Part shown: in pieces, positions 63,550 to 64,000 of the stretch
Position numbering within the stretch: the first letter of the stretch is position 1
Layout: each line of letters opens with the position of its first letter
Source of the DNA: Chloroflexota bacterium
GTDB taxonomy: Bacteria > Chloroflexota > Anaerolineae > Anaerolineales > E44-bin32
NCBI GenBank assembly: GCA_022561385.1
Contig: JADFRG010000009.1
Location: 9,051-73,050, forward strand
Reading direction: 5' to 3'
Length of the DNA stretch: 64,000 nt
The notes under the pieces: model-generated
Seen by the model: only the letters and a program-made list of their open reading frames with translations
Told to the model about the DNA's origin: nothing
Databases searched by the model: none
Made by a program: the position numbers and the translations under genes

Positions 63550-63840
63550 ACTCTGCGAGTGGAGCCGGGCCCGGCATCACCCCACAAGATTGGCTGATCT
63601 ACCAACCGATCCGGCTGCGACCAGGGTCTGGAACTAAATCGATACTTGGAAAGTTATTGACAGTGACGAGGTAACGATAGGCCGCCTGAAATCGGAATTA
63701 TAGGCAATCGGATTCGCAGATTGGTTTTCAGAACAGACCTTCTCATAATCAATCGGGGTTAGGCCGTTATGGTCTGGAGCGGCCGAAGAAATCTAGCCCC
63801 TTGCGGTTCATATGAAGAAGGCGGTCACATGGAATTGGCG

Positions 63841-63999
63841 TTACGCTTCCCGACTGGGCTGGCGCAACAGCCAGACCAGCACGCCCCCTGTAATAGTCCC
63901 GTAAACGACTAGGCCCAAGACCACGGCCACGGCCACGGCAGAAGCCACGGCAAAGCCCACGGCCTCGAGCATGGCCTCTACCACGGCCTCGCCCACGCC
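63841..63999 (-). CDS. Partial hydrophobic (membrane) protein, 3' end only
   Basis: Open frame from window edge GVGEAVVEAMLEAVGFAVASAVAVAVVLGLVVYGTITGGVLVWLLRQPSREA*. Confidence 0.55.
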   Translation of the reverse strand, partial: GVGEAVVEAMLEAVGFAVASAVAVAVVLGLVVYGTITGGVLVWLLRQPSREA

Positions 64000-64000
64000 A

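Noticed and set aside
63740-63790. GTTAGGC and CTGGAGCGGCC motifs as attC
   Set aside because: Boxes are in the wrong order and spacing, with no partner arm

Overview
GC-rich bacterial chromosomal window, most likely Chloroflexota/Anaerolineae (inferred from fused GlyQS, RpoD with a long non-conserved region, TPR/M23 gene style; not verified by search). About 1-51.7 kb is core genome: recO-glyQS-dnaG-rpoD, a Lon-like protease + USP, a complete nuoA-N complex I operon, rnz, TPR proteins, CIRCE-controlled groES-groEL, ugd-M16-M16-acpS, rpsB-tsf-pyrH-frr-uppS-cdsA, rho and two LysM/M23 paralogues. From about 52.2 kb to the end is a visibly AT-richer accessory region that reads as an integron-type gene-cassette array with no integrase in the window (CALIN-like). 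It has at least five recognisable attC sites, and the cassette ends are reverse-complementary over 12-13 bp in two cases. The most striking signal is that three attC sites are interrupted in or next to their L boxes by 17-27 nt hairpin-bearing micro-insertions, two of which are near-identical, suggesting an attC-targeting micro-element or excision scar. Other notable points: a triplicated nuoC 3' end giving two 22-aa paralogous mini-ORFs; a NuoL with a ~29-aa duplicated lateral-helix segment but only one nuoM; a T-less 8/32-bp purine-rich repeat; and two nested families of non-attC direct repeats around a membrane-protein gene and a cyclophilin gene. All positions were counted by eye and family names come from motif recognition, not database searches.
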